Assembly: GCF_009914755.1 (NCBI RefSeq)
Contig: NC_060931.1
Reading direction: 5' to 3' (one strand)
Source of the DNA: the human T2T-CHM13v2.0 reference genome, Homo sapiens
DNA: 64,000 nt
Made by a program: the position numbers and the translations under genes. Positions 26,601 through 42,354 of this stretch are shown here, piece by piece; the first letter of the stretch is position 1; every line of letters starts with the position of its first letter. The notes beneath the pieces were generated by a model. That model had not been told where the DNA came from and made no database searches. It saw nothing but the letters and a program-made list of their open reading frames with translations.

Positions 26601-27092
26601 AGCTTCTGCCCAGAAATAACACATATGACTTCCACTCACTATTCATTGGCCAAAGTAAGTTCATGGTCACGTCTGGTATCAGTGGAGCAGAGAAATGTAA
26701 TCCTCCTGCTCGGAAAGGCAGGGAATCTTGGTGCTCGGTAATGTCTAATGCAACTCCTAAAGCTCTGAGACAGGCATTATCCTCTTTGATTTAGAGAGAA
26801 GAAAAGTGAGGCTCTGAGAAGATAAGTTCACATAATAGTTAATAATCCAAAAACTTTTACCCAGATATTGGTTAAAATTATAACCCAGATAAGGCGCATG
26901 CTCTTTCCACCATATCAGAACTTCCCAAAAGTTGTTCCACAGAACTCTAATTATGAGAGTTCTTAAGCAGTTGTCAGGGGAATATGAAATAAAGAATTTT
27001 GGAAGCACCACATATTATACACCATTATATACTTAGAGGATGCATTCACCATTTAACTCTCTGAGAAGTCTTACAGTAAGGAAACTTGTTTA

Positions 27093-27406
<314 letters not shown>

Positions 27407-27779
27407 TTAATTCTTTAATATGCATTTTCCAAGTCTATTTGACCACAGAGCATTACAATATTACCTCTAATAATGACCACTGGCACACACTTCAGAAAAC
27501 ACTCTGTTATGTGTTTTCCTGAAAGAGCCTACCAGACAACCAAACAGAACTAGCTCTTTGAGCAGATGAGGCCCAGAGAAGTAAAGTGACCTTCCCAAGG
27601 TTACATAGCTGGTAGATGGTAGAGTCAGGACAAGAACTGCAATCTCTAACTATCCAAGTTGGAGCTTCTGCTCAGCTGTCGAGAGGATCGTGAAAAAACG
27701 AGAGTGTTTTATAAACTGGAAAGCGCTATTCGAATTTAAGATAGCATTAATTCTCTAGGTGAAGCATTACTGAAATATA

Positions 27780-29150
27780 TAGAATACATGGAAGGACATG
27801 AGGTGCTTCAAGATAGGATGATTAAATTTGGTGAAGATGTCAATTCTCCCCAAATTAGCATATAATGTTTGAAATAATTTTAATCAAAACTTCAATGTGA
27901 TTGTTTTAAATTGATTAAATAATTTGAAATTTTTATTTAAAAAATAGGTGAGAAAAGCTCAGAAATTTGAACACAAACAACTATGGGGAAGAAAGATGTT
28001 TCCCTATTAGTTATTAATAAATGTATATCCACAGTAAGCAAAACATTACAGAACTAGCAAAATAATTGACAGATGGATCAATAATAAGAAATATTTTGCA
28101 CTGAAAATAAAGTCCTGGTACATATATGAACTTAATGTTACAAAGAAACTACCACAGTTAGTAAAAAAGGAACTAGTATTTTTGCAACAAAAGTAGTGGG
28201 TGAATAATGGTTCTTATATAAAGTTGTAAATCTCAGCTAGATTGCGGAACTAAATTTTTACAAAATAGCTAGAAAAATTATATAATGATGACACTAATTT
28301 CAGGACTAGCAAGCATTATTCAAGCCTAAAAACAAAAATTTAAAGGGAAACAACAAACTAAGAAAATTATTTGCAATAAAAATAAATATATAATATTATA
28401 GCTAATAGTATATACATTAATTATATAAAAATATAACATGGTTAAAGTCCTTAATATGTAAAGAGCCCTTGAGGGAAAATAAATAATATTTCTAATGGAA
28501 AAGTGGGCATGGGAAATAAAAACAATTTTAGATTAAATACAGAGTTAAAAGAATGTGTGAAAAAATATTGTTTATTAGTGGTCTGAACAATACAAACTCA
28601 ATAATTCACCATAATATGAGATATATCAAATAAAGATCAAAGCAAAATAATATATAAAGCACAGAACAGTTCTGTAAAACTGTTTGTGGGAGAGTAAATC
28701 AGAACAACTTAACCCAATTTTTCTGGAGAACAATTTAGTAATATACAGCAAACTTAAATGATGTATTCAGGCACTGCTTAGTAATTCTACTTGTAGGATT
28801 ATACCATAAGTATACTAAAGAAACATTCAAAGACAGAAACAAAGACTGCATTAAGTTGTTTTATTAAAAAGTAAGTTTCTAGCAATGGAATAATAAAATT
28901 GTGATATAACCATAGAATGGAATATTAAGGAATATTATGCAACTATAATAACCATTTCTCTTTGTGCAATGTTAAAGGTTTTTAAAAGCACAATAAATAT
29001 AATATATTTCAAGTTTTATATACACTCATAAAATATAGAAGAAACAAATACCAAGATGGAAAAGTAAGAAATTCTCTCTGAAAGTTACTTTGCAGATGGT
29101 TTTTATTTTATCTTTGTGTAAAAGCTTACTGTATTTTCTAGAGTGAGCAC
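27780..29150 (+). mobile_element. Degraded ancient L1 (L1ME-like) ORF2/3' remnant
   Basis: Very AT-rich, with 'aagatgtcaattctccccaaatt', 'ttgacagatggatcaa', 'ggagagtaaatcag...ttctggagaacaattt'. Confidence 0.6.
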
Positions 29151-32100
29151 ATATTATATTTATTATTCTAAACGACAAAATAACCATGTAAGATACACCA
29201 TGCCACCTCTCAAATAAATTGTGTGCATTGTATTTCCATGACAGTAAATAGGAAGAATCTATTTACTCTGCAGAAGCCCAGAAATGAACCCAAGCAAGCG
29301 AGGCTTGCATGACCCAGAGAGCACATTAAAGGATCCAGAAATGCAGGCAAGGGAACAAGACAGCCAATGAAAACCAAGGCAGATGACTGGCTGTATGAAT
29401 TGAGTGCACACCAACTCATTAGCCTTTTACATTTTGCTACCCAACCACCCAACTTAGATGCACAGAAAACAAAGCTTGCAAGAGTAGCAATTCCAGACTC
29501 TGTAGCAGGAATCCTTCTGCTGAGCCTCTCTCATGCCCCCTCCCCTACTGTTCTCATCTCCCAGGATGTTCAAATCCATTCCCTGGTCCTTACATCTGCT
29601 TCTGCCCATGCATGTGTTCGCTCCTCCTGGTTTCTTTTGGCTACTTGATTTTGAGTCTCCCGGATGGATTTTAAATACCAGGTCCAAGCCAAAGTGGGCC
29701 CTCCAGGGGAAAGTTTCTCAGACACTTTCCCTTTTTATTAGCACCTCCAGAACAGAAAACAAATTCCTGAAGGTTTATTATTTTAATTACGTGGATCATC
29801 AGGAATAATACATTCTGGGTATTTTTATTATATAGTAATTACTTTGGTTCCTACGACATTGTAGAGATTTGGACTTAATTTGCTCAAATGTTAGTTTTCC
29901 ATATTTCAAGAGTCTAGTGCTTAAATAGCAATTTAAATGTTAATCTCAGTTCTTGTTATGTAGCTGACATTTCATTCGTTTATTCAGCAAATATTAATTA
30001 CTACATAGACTTGAAGCCCAGTGGGTTTCCAAATGATTTCTAACATCTGTGGTTTGCTATATTATGGGAATTCAGATGGAATCTCAGAATTTAATTGTTT
30101 CAAAGCTTTCAATACATGCTATTAGTGGTTAATTTGGAAGTCCTCTTGCGATCCAAGAACAAATTGCAAGAAGAGATTCACGTTAAAATGATTGCAGAAC
30201 ATTGGCATTTCTGTTTCTGGTGAAATTCAAGGATTCACCAGTAACCAGAAAACTGAATTCGAAAGTAACGCAAGTGCAGTCCCACATGCCAAGCCCTGAT
30301 CGAAATGAGAACGTTTAGGATGTGGGAGATTAACATTGTTAATAAAGCATGATCTACGGCCCATGGTACTGATGATAAAAACTCCAAACCAATGACTATG
30401 TCTTTCTGGTCAGAGTAGAAATGACTAATGCAGTTATTCAACATGTCCTGGAGACTAAACTAAGAAATCAATGTCAGGCAGTAATCCAGAGTCCACTGAA
30501 TCACTTTCCTGTACAGTCCCAGTCTGAAGGTGCTAGTATTACATTCTGTCACTTGTAATCATGGTGTTGAGAGGTAAGGCAAAGGCAATTCAGGTGAAGA
30601 CAACTGAGGAAGATCGCAGATGGACAAGAATCTCTCCTCCTGACAGCAGATTCTTCTAACTCCGGACAATGACACAGGCCCTGGACCTTGTCCCATTATT
30701 GAAATAATTGGCTTTCAGACCGAGCTCCAGCTTGCTCATTGTAAACCTTTCTCTGCTGTTACTACCTCAAAAGTGCCTGAATGGCCACTATCTGTCCTCA
30801 CTAACCTGCAGTTCTCACTCTCTGCCTTCACTTACGCTGTTGCCAGGCACCCTACTTCTTAGCTTGGCTACTTCTACTCATTGTTTCAGACTCAGCTCAC
30901 ATAACAGTCTCTCTAGGCTATACCTGCTGACCAACCATGACCAGCTCCTCCCCAGGTTCTATTACATGTTCCTTATTTGGGTTTCTACAACATCTTTATC
31001 ATAGAAGTTCACATTGAAAATTCTGGTTGACGTACCTGCCTCCACCATCAGACTATAAGCTCCTTGTCTTCGCCTCCCTTTTATCCCCAAAGTATGTTGA
31101 ACTTTGATACTAGATTCTCAGAAATGTTTATGGAATTTGATTGTACAGATTACAAACCAGTATAATCATGTCTCCAGCTCCATGATTTTCAGGAGAGTTT
31201 CCCACTTCCGGCCTGAGTGTCATTTCTACACCAACATGTAAGCCAAGGCTCTCTCCTCTGGATAAATGCCTTTCCCTCTGCCATACTACATGGGAGTTCA
31301 CAGAATGACTCTCAGTTCACAACTACTTGGAACAATCGTGGTCCACAGCCCCACTCTCCAATTCAACAGGCCTAGGCTTCAACTGCACCTCCCATCCCAT
31401 TCACATTCCCTATTCTTCATGAAGAAGGCCTCTGTCAGCTTGTCTTGCCAGTCTCCAGACAAGTCTAGAGGCATTGCAGAGGGTGTAATCTCTCTCCATC
31501 CCTGTTCTAGACCCTTGTTAAAGTGATATGAGAAGCCTTACAAAGGTATTAAAACTTGAGCTAACAACCACATTTATATGTAGCTGTATACAGATTTCTT
31601 ACTTTTTTGTGAATATTTAAAAAATTTTATCATACATATTTTCATAATTGAGTGTTGTAACTGATGACAATCCTGGGTAATCCAGGATAGAATCCCCATA
31701 GTTCATGGTAAAGCAGTTAGAAAACGTAAATGCCAACAGGAGGTCGTGATGACAATAATTCAACTGTATTTGCAAGCAGGCCTCCCAGTTGGGTTACTCA
31801 GGGGTTGATAGCAGGGGAGTGGAGGAGAGACAGATTTTAAAAAGGGGCATCATCGGAAGGAGATGGCTGTCAGGGAGAAAAATGGCAGGCCCTCCTGAAC
31901 TAGCCCAGTCCTAGCTTCAGGCCTCCTTGTTGACCTTGACTGGTTATTGACCACCTGGCATTGCTTCTGTAGCAGCAGGTAGGGTGAGATGTGGGAAGAA
32001 GTTGGGATGACCTCCTGAATGACAGATTACCAACTGTCCAGCTACTGCCCAGGGGTCACCACATCCTCACATTGTGTCTCATTCTCCAAGTCTAATTAAG

Positions 32101-32809
32101 CAGCTTCAGGAACACAGAACTTTGCTATCTGCTCCTACCTGTTTCACTTAAAATCAGGTGCCCATGTATGTCTCTGTGTTACACTGTGACTGATCCCTAA
32201 TAAAATTAGAGATTTTCAATCTTTGCACTTGATATTGCCAACTCACCTAAGCAAATTAATGAGGCTTTGAGTAGGCCTCAGAGCCTGGTGCTGTGAATGA
32301 TGGAAGCCACACAAGTCTCAGGGACAGGGCAGTAGAATTTCATTGTCTTCTCACTGAGAAGTGACACCAAATCATTGAAACCTTTTTTCTTATACTTTAT
32401 TTCCTGTATTGGAAAATGGCAGATATTTGCTCCTTCCTGTGTTAGAGATATTCATCTTCAACATCACATACATAACAACCTTCCTAAAACAAACCCTGAA
32501 AACATGAGGGGCACGGAAAGCTTTGTGACTCCCAGGACAGCTGATGTAGCTGCATCTTGTGTGACATTTATCACTACTGTTGTGTGGAGGCCACATGTTG
32601 CCATAGAGTCCCTCCATTCCTCCAATGCATGGACCTTATGCTCAGTCCTGAGGGAGACAGTCATGAATCCAACCCAGCCCCAGAAACCCAGCTTCAGGCA
32701 AGTTTTGGCTCAGAAAGAAAATGAAGATTTGTCTCCCCCTTGAAAATTGAAAGTAAATGAGGCAACTTTCACTATCTTAAACCAAAATTGGGGCAGAAAA
32801 CTACTAGAG

Positions 32810-33012
32810 TAAGCAGGGCATGGTCTTTCCAGTTAAGCAAAACTACATGCAAATCCCAGCTGCATCACCTAATGAGCCAGTAACCCAGGTAAGTAACTTC
32901 TCTGAGCTTCATTTCCTTACCTATAAGATTGAGGACAGTGATAACTCGTTGGTCAGGTTGTTATGGTTAAGTGAGCAATATGTAAGCCTTCTTAAATGAT
33001 GCTTGGCACATG
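32810..33012 (+). mobile_element. MIR SINE
   Basis: 'aaatcccagc...aagtaacttctctgagcttcatttcctt...tgcttggcacatgg'. Confidence 0.7.
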
Positions 33013-33744
33013 GCAATCAATCAAAAATATTTATTGTGCACCTACTACATACATTACAAACTCAGTAAGCCATGTACTGGATTAATGTGATTCACTCAAA
33101 TTATTTCATTCCCTTTCACCCTATAATTGTTAAAGATACTTAGGCTTTTTGTCTTCCAGTTTTCAGCACCTAACTGAAAAAGGAGATCACTATTCCTTGG
33201 ATCTGGATAAATCCAGACTAGCCTGACAGATCCAGAATCAACTAGAGTAACTAATGTCTTGTATTTCCTGAGATAATTCCCATTTCAAATGACCTTTTCT
33301 GTGATTCTTGTAAGTAGCTTTGCACTTGTCATCAACCAAGTTTCCATCTGACAGAGATTTATTAAGCACCTTCTACGGGCCAGACAGATGCCAGGGGTGG
33401 AGTTGTGACCCAGGCTTAGTGCCTGCCAGCATGGGCATCCTTTTGGCTCTGGAAGCATGGCTCATGGAGCCACATCCCAGCTATCAGCCCTGTGGCAGCA
33501 TCACCATCATCAAAGGAACCCTGCAATTCATCTTTCTAAATCCCAATTTGCAATTCTCTAAGTCTGCAGAAAACTGATGTCACTGTGTAGCCTGACTAAC
33601 TTGAGGTGAAAAGCCAATCAGTCATGTGCCAGCAACCATGTAATTGAGCTGAGAACAGGCCAATCTTTAGTTATTGAAACATTTTAAATACATTTCTTAT
33701 TTCCACTCAGTATTGGACCATCTGGCTGGAATTTTGCCTCACAT

Positions 33745-33761
33745 CACCACTAGGGGGCATT
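33745..33761 (+). promoter_or_regulatory. Candidate CTCF binding site
   Basis: CCACTAGGGGGCA at 33747-33759 matches the CTCF core CCASYAGRKGGCR with no mismatch, in apparently unique intronic sequence. Confidence 0.6.
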
Positions 33762-35911
33762 TTATGCCCAACTATATTCTGCAATAGTTTGGGGGTTGTG
33801 TTGGGACACCATCAGCACAGTGTGGTGGGGGGTGGGTAGGGAGAATGCTTCTTAGGCTTAGTGAAATTCCGATAGACTGGTACCGAAAATAGGGTGAACA
33901 GGGTGAATTCAAGCATCACTCTGAAAAGGCAGTGAGTTAGTTATCACCCCTCAAATGTACATATGTAGTCCACAAACCTAAGGGAGGAGATAAACCAATT
34001 TTTATTGCATATCTACTATGTAACAGGCACTGAGCTAAAAATCTCCATCTTCATCATCTTATCTACCCATCACAACTATCCTGAGATAGGTTTTGTCTTC
34101 ATCCTCATTTTACAAATAAGAGGTCAGAGAGGTTATCACTTACAACCTATCACACATCCAGCAAGTAGCAAAAACTGAGTCCAGGTCAGGTTGCTTTCAA
34201 AGCCTATCAACTTTTCGTCCACGAGGCTCACCTAGTTGTGATATTCTCACTCCTCTGAAATTGTTTCCTCAGTCCCCATTACCATGACTCTCCAGATTAT
34301 CCTGGGATTTGTGTGTGTCTCTGTGTGCCTGTGGGTGGGGAGGGGGACATGCACGCATAATACGGCTGCGAATAAAGGAGCAAGCAGCTGAGTGTTTTCA
34401 TACTTAATGACCCTTGTACTAGTCAGTGAAACAGGATTTAAATTTGACTGAGTATAACTTACACACTCTACCTGTTTTATTCTCTTGTAGCACCAACGCC
34501 TTACACTGTGTCTGGCATAGAGTAGGAAATTAATAGATGTTAGATGAATTCATAAACAGATAAATCAACATGGCTCTTAGGAAGACCCCAAAAGCATTTG
34601 CCCGGGGAGGCTTCCTATGTCTGGAAGTGTTCTGAAGCCTATGAAGTAAGGTGAGATTATCTTCCAACAGAAAACTCCAAAAGATGTGGAGGTGGGGAGG
34701 GTTTGATTTATAGGATTTGCTCAGCCTGCCCTAGAGACATCAGCCAATCAAAGGAAAATAGACTCCAACCTGTTTACAGAGCTCCTCGGACTTACCATCC
34801 CAAAGCATAGTCCAAGAACAAAAGCCCAGTCCAAGGGATCACTGACTCACCAGCCCCTGGGAATGATTTCCAATTCACTGATACATCAAACCAGGGTGAT
34901 TTGATATGCAGTGTTTGTCACTCTGAACTTCCAACAATGCAGATCTGAGCCCCGGGACTACTTTGAAAAGACTGGATCCCTTGGCTCGGATTGTACTCTA
35001 CAAAGATGAAGAAGGCAGCCATTTTCTGCCCACTGGGGACCAGAAGCCTCTTCCATTAGGCAGAAACTTCATTTCTGGAAATGTGAACTTTGCTGCCAGA
35101 GTCATCAATGCCGACGCTCTATGTGAAAAGCAGACCATTTACTCACTTCAGCATTGATTTTCTGGAAACATGGCCTGCCTGTATTTATATGAGGAAAGGA
35201 GAACATGAAAGAGAGATATAGTCTGAAAATGTAACGTTGACTTCCAATGCAAAACTACCCTGAGTTCACTGATTTTATTCTCTTCCTCTTTCCAATTCTC
35301 ATCCAAAAGGCTATCAGAATGTAATTTCAGTTGAAAAGGCTTCCATATCAGAAGTAGAAAATAGGGAAGGTCGATGACTTCCCTATTCCCTTCCACCTGC
35401 TGGAAAACTGGAGGAATGCCCACAAGGTGTAGAGTAGGTAAGACATTCTGAGGGAGGGGCCAACAGATTCGTCTGCTCTCTGACAGGAAGTAAAGGCCTT
35501 CCTGGGGAGGTCAGTAGAGAAGAGACCAGCCCCAGGGGATTCCACTCCTCAGAGTCCATCCACTGAGGCTGGGGCCATCTCCAGTGAGCAAATTTCTGTG
35601 GGAGGTTTACTGAATGCTGCAGACCTCACAAAAAAGGATTTTGGCCAGTGCCTTCTCCCAGCTAAAGGAGTGTGGACAGCTGGCTAAGTAAAACTTGGGC
35701 GAGGCCATGGATGGTGCCAGTGAAGACAGAGCCTCAGTAAGGAAAACAGTCCTGTATCTACTATCTTCCTCACATTCCACCCTTGCCTCCTTCTTTGGCT
35801 GCTCCCAGACATTGTTCTCACCTCTCCCACCATGGAGACGTGGATTTCTGATCTGGCAAAGAAACATCACAAGTGCTTTAACTTTTCTCTTCCTTCTTCA
35901 TCCAAGAATGA

Positions 35912-36226
<315 letters not shown>

Positions 36227-36347
36227 TAACATGCTTCTCTTTATGAAACAGATCCCCTAAAAGAAACAGGAGTAAATCTTGGAAAATCTCTTACTTGTAT
36301 TCTCAGCAGAGCTTGAAAGGACATTGCATTAAGAAAAGGGACACAGT

Positions 36348-36726
<379 letters not shown>

Positions 36727-36849
36727 CTAGAATATGCTAATAATCTAAATTTTAAAATCACAGATTATTTTAACAGAACCTGGGGTTGGGGAAATAAAAT
36801 AGTTTTAAAGCCTCTTAATTAATTTTATTTCTCAGTGTGAAGTCAAATT

Positions 36850-38830
36850 TGAATGATTTTTAATGGTTACTTAAAAATTAAGCATTCAATGTCTTAAATT
36901 TTTTAAAGTTAACATGCGATAAAAGAGAATAACTGTTTCAAATTACTAGTGAACAAATTAAAATAAAAACACAAATGACAAAGAAAATATTTTTAAAGTA
37001 CAAAAACAAACTTTAAAAACCTTGTAAGATCTTACATATCAGTTACACAATAAATTACAATGAATCAGTGTCATTATTAAAAATAGACTGTCAGTTTAAG
37101 TCAAAAACAAAAATTATATTCTACTTACAGGAGAAATACTTGGTAGCAAATGAAACAACATAGTTAGAAATATATAGATAAACAAAGATATACCATTAAA
37201 ATAGAAATATGATTCAATCAAGTATGGCAAAATTAATATTAGGAAATAGTTCAAGGCAAAAAGAGTTATGAAAGAAAAGAACAGTAAGCCCTCACTTATC
37301 ATCCGAGTGTTTTGATAAGTTCTCGGAAACTGTGACTTTAAGCGAAACTACATATAATAAAACCAGTGATTTTTCTTTTTCTTATCAATGGCATAATGTT
37401 GAAGGAAATGATGTTATTCTGGGCCTGCTAGTTCGTTTCACTTAAAGTCACAGTTTCCAAGAACCTATTGATGATGATAAGTGAGGACTTACTGTAAGTT
37501 ATGTAATTGAAGATGAAATAGACATAAAATCACAAGCCAAATAAAAATATTTCATTAAAATGTGTAAACAAAAATTATTAGTAATAAAAGGTAAACTTTA
37601 AAATTAGTATAGAAATCATTTAAATAATAATATGCAACAGTTTTATTTATAAGTATAAACTGAAATGGTGCTACTACTAGTTAGAAATAAACTAATCCTA
37701 ATACTAAATACAAAATGTTAAAATTGATCACAAATGAGATAAAAAATATCAAAAATTGATCTTATCTAGATAATTCATCAACAGTATAAAAATAATTGCA
37801 GAAATGTTATGTAAAGAATTGCATAGCAAATATTTACAAAGCTCACATGATATGACCATAATAGATAAACCACCAGAGAAAACCTTATTGATTTTATGCA
37901 TAACAAGAATGCCTTCTATCATATTATAACCTCATCATTGTTCTGAAACTTCTAACCAATGCAAAAAAATGGGAAATATAAATAATCTTTGAAAGTCGGA
38001 AAGAAAATTATTTGCCATTGATATGATAATCTCCACTAAAAATACAAAAGACTTAATGAAATGACAATTAAGATTAGTGAAACAATTTATATCTTGGCTG
38101 GCTTCAAAGTACATATATGAAAGTAAGTTATTTTTATATAAACCAACATTACCCAGTTAGAGAAATACAATGGTGTAAATGAAATATGTCATTTAAAATA
38201 GAAATTTTAAAATATAAAACACTTAGGAATAAAAAATGTGAAGAAAACTGTAAAGCTACCCAGAACCACTAAAGAGAGCATCATGGCATATCCTAGTCAA
38301 GTTTAAGATTTGTTTCTCCCATGTCCCAGCATTTCCATACCTAGAATATGTACTAGAGAAAAAAAGTACGGTACCCTATAGCATTGTTTCTGATAGCTTC
38401 AAACTGGAAACCACCCAACTGTCTATCAAATACATGAGATCAATAAATCGCAGCATAGTCACACCATGGAGTACTATATAGGAATAAAAATGAAAAACCT
38501 GCAGCTCTTTGCAATCACAAGAACGAATATTGCAATCATAAACCAAAGAGTCAAGACAAAAGAAACACATAGCATAAAACTACTCTATAAAGCTGGAAAA
38601 CAGGCAGCACTCTTTTTGGATGCATGTATAAGTGGTAACAGTAAATATTAAATAAGTAGAAATCAGGTTAGAGGTAATTTCTAGAAGAGACAGAATAGAG
38701 TTTTACATGGGGCACAGGAAGGGCTTTCTGGTGTTGATAAAGGTTTTTTTTTTTTTTAATGATGTTGGTAATAATTATATGGGCTTTTACTCTATGATTA
38801 CTAAGTAATGTGTATGTATATATATTGTGC
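36850..38830 (+). mobile_element. Degraded ancient L1 (L1ME-like) fragments
   Basis: AT-rich, with 'ttatttgccattgatatgataatctccactaaaaat', 'aaaacacttaggaataaa', 'tagcttcaaactggaaaccacccaactgtctatcaa'. Confidence 0.55.
37282..37494. mobile_element. MER6B-like Tigger MITE
   Basis: Long inverted termini CAGTAAGCCCTCACTTATC...GGAAACTGTGACTTTAAG and CTTAAAGTCACAGTTTCC...GATAAGTGAGGACTTACTG. Confidence 0.85.
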
Positions 38831-39621
38831 ACTTTTTATGTTGTATATTTTGTGTCAGGCAGATCGTCTGCATAGTCCTAAACTCTTGATTTCTTCCACT
38901 TCTTGACACAATCCTTTGGGACCCTTTCAGCTCTTCATTCTGTAGGCTCAAGTTCTGCCCTGCCTCCATCCCCAGACCAAGTCCCAACCTGAGGGAGAGC
39001 TGGGTCTCAATCTTCCCTTTACTAGGATGGGAAATGCCAACATTCTTTTTGGTTACCCATTCCTGGAGGATGGTTCCAGCTGGCAGGGGCCATAGAAGAT
39101 TGATGCACAGCTGTATTTTCCTGTCATTTTGGGCACAGGGGTGAGGATGGAACTTTGCCCCTTTGACAGTTTTAGCTCCAGTCAACTGCTGTTAACTTTG
39201 ACCTCAGGACACCCTTCACCCTACATCCATGAACATGTTGCAACATCAGGCAACTACAAGGTAAGTAGAGGTATGCAGGGCCTTGTGGATTCAGTTTCTT
39301 CTCCCACGTGGATGAACAGCAGCAGCGGAAGAGATAGATAGCACCTCTTTTCCAGCTGGATAGTGTGCTGAAACACTTCCTCAGCCTCCTAGCAGTGCCA
39401 AAGACATGTAGGGTGGCCTTAGCCAGAAAGGTGAGGCCATCCCAGCCTCCAGCATGGGGTTGCGGAAGTAGATATAGGTGACCCACTAGAGCTGTGAACT
39501 CCTTTAACTCTAGCGTTGAAGTGCCATATTCAATGAGCACAGTTCTGGAAAGGTCTCCAGGGACCCCATATCACATCATGAACTAACCCAAACCTCTAAA
39601 TCCCCTAAATCTTTCAAAGCT

Positions 39622-39640
39622 GAGAGAGAGAGAGAGAGAG
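39622..39640. repeat. (GA)9 microsatellite
   Basis: Read directly from sequence. Confidence 0.9.
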
Positions 39641-39709
39641 TAATTCACCTTTAGGGATTGATATAGACTGGGCTATGATATTTTGAGCCCACTCACTGGG
39701 AACCATGGA

Positions 39710-39842
39710 TAGGGTGATTATATAATTGACTATCCAACCAAAGACACTTTTTGAGAGAGAAAGGGCAATTTAAATAATTATCTTGGGACAGCAGTTGACA
39801 ACTAGGACTATCCTAGGCAAACCAGGTTACATAATTACCCTA
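39710..39842. mobile_element. MER81-like hAT-Blackjack MITE
   Basis: TIRs TAGGGTGATTAT ... ATAATTACCCTA; 8-bp hAT-type TSD ACCATGGA / GCCATGGA. Confidence 0.85.
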
Positions 39843-40964
39843 GCCATGGACCATACTTTGAGAAGCACTTTCCAAAGGCCTCTGCCATGTGCAGCTGCTC
39901 ATAGCCAAGCTCATGCTACACAGGTGGAAAAGCTTCTGGAAAATTGGGGTGCTTCCCTAGAAGACTCAGAATGTTAACAAGGAATAGGGAAGAAAGAGAA
40001 CTACTGAAGAGCTTGGCACAGGAGGGCTGGCCCAGAACCTGTGTCACAGCACTGCCCTGGGCCATTCACACCAAAGCTCATTCCAGAGACTGAAAGTATT
40101 TGATGGCCTTCTGTCATACCTTACCTGCCAGGCCACCTGCTTGATGGGCTCTTTCCTGAACCTAGACACCCCCAGGGCACCATCGTCCTCCCTGATAGAA
40201 TATTATATTAGAACAATTTGAGGAACATAGACACATTATCCCCAACCCTGTCCCTCAACTGTTTCATCTGTCAGCACCATGGTGTCAGTGAGACCTTCTG
40301 ATGGAGACTTCCAAGCCACCTGGCTGCTTAGGTTAGTCTGCAAGTTGTTCCAGTGTTTTTTAAGAGAGGTCCTCCAAATTCAAATCACTTGTTTATGTCC
40401 CACTGCTGGCACACCACCTGAATGGGAAGTGTCAGTCTACGACATCAAAGGCCTCTCCTGCTGTGTCTGCTACTGACAGCACTGTTGTCCATCTATCTCA
40501 AATGGGAGAATTCTCTTACAAAAACTCACTCCCTCCACTCAGTACGGTCCTTTGCATAACAATTAGTTTTTATTCTTGATGCTTTATCACCCATTTCAAG
40601 ACTGCTAGAGAAATGAGTTATGCAGGATATGACCCCTCTAGTCATCAAAGAACCAGAGAAAAAGTGTGTGGCTTGAAGCTGAGCAAAGATGCTGCCTCCA
40701 AGTGGGAAGTGACATATGTATGCTGGACACGATATATCTGCAGAGCTCTCCAACCCTGTCATCCTCCCACTCTAGTTGTACAGCCCTCATCCTCCCCCCA
40801 CATCACCACAATGCCTATCCTCATTTCCACAGTTCTGCAGTTCCAAGGCCCTGACCTCCACCTAGGATCTCAGAAACTGATCTGTAAATCCAGGATGGAG
40901 AGCCTAAATATCAGATTGATAAAGTGTAGGACTCATGAAGATGCTCATAAAAAATTTCTTAGAA

Positions 40965-41324
<360 letters not shown>

Positions 41325-41329
41325 TCATT

Positions 41330-41700
41330 TATCTTAATCTGTTTCATGCTGCTATGACAGAATACCCAAGACTGAGTAATTTATAAAGAAAAGTAATTTA
41401 TTTCTACAGTGCCAGGGTCTGGGAAGGTGCTGGTATCTGGTGAGGGCTTTCTTGCTGCATCATTCCATGGCAGAAAGTGAGAGGGTGAGAGAGGGACAAG
41501 GGAGGGGAACTGAACTCATTCCTTTATCAGTAACCCACTCCTGCAATAACTAATCCACTCCCACAATAACAACATTAATCTATTCATGAGGGCACAGCCT
41601 TCATGACCTAGTCACTTCTTAAAGGTTCTACCTTAACTCCATTGCTTTGGGGATTAAATTTCAACATATAAACCCTTGGAGGACACATTCAAACCACAGA
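41330..41700 (-). mobile_element. MSTC/MSTD-like MaLR LTR
   Basis: 'tgctgctatgacagaatacccaagactgagtaatttataaag...attaatctattcatgaggg...ggacacattcaaacca'. Confidence 0.8.
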
Positions 41701-42354
41701 AACATTCTTCAGTAGAACTTTAATATTACTGTCTTATAAAATTCTGTCAAATGAACAAAAGATAACCCATAATTACACCCTAATATGACTGCTTTTAACA
41801 TTTTACTGTATTTCAGCCTTTTTGCTATGTATATAATTTTACAGAGTTGTAATCATACCCAGTATATGATTTTATCATGTTTTCCCACTTACCATTATAG
41901 GTATTTTTAATATTGCTACATAGTCTTCATGGTTGTCATTGTTAATAGCTATGCTGTAATAGTTCACTGAATTGAAGTGCTTTATTTACTTAGCTACCCT
42001 ATTATCTTTAAACAATTTCTAATTTCTTTTTATAATAAACATGGACATATTTCTGACAGGGGTGTTCTTTTTCACATCTTGACCTACTTTTCACATAGTG
42101 TTACAATTACCTGACCAAAGAATACAAACTTTTTGTCTCTTGACGTATATTTCCAAAAGATTTTTAAAAGGTGCATTAATTTACTCTGCAGCTGGTGTAA
42201 ATGAAGACCATTTTGTCATTGTTTTCTTGAGAGTAGAGCTTCCAAAAGTAGGGATATGTGGCTAGGAGGAAGAAATCCAGCCTGGGGCAGGCATTCTGTA
42301 AAGAACTCCAGTTCTCACTGGTACACTGGTTTTATTTTTCTCTGTTTCTTGCAG

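Noticed and set aside
40270-40290. REST/RE1-like TCAGCACCATGG
   Set aside because: Only the left half matches; the GACAG right half is absent.
42256-42354. N-terminal part of the 79-aa ORF (MWLGGRNP...)
   Set aside because: Intronic; it spans the branch point and polypyrimidine tract before the exon 2 acceptor.
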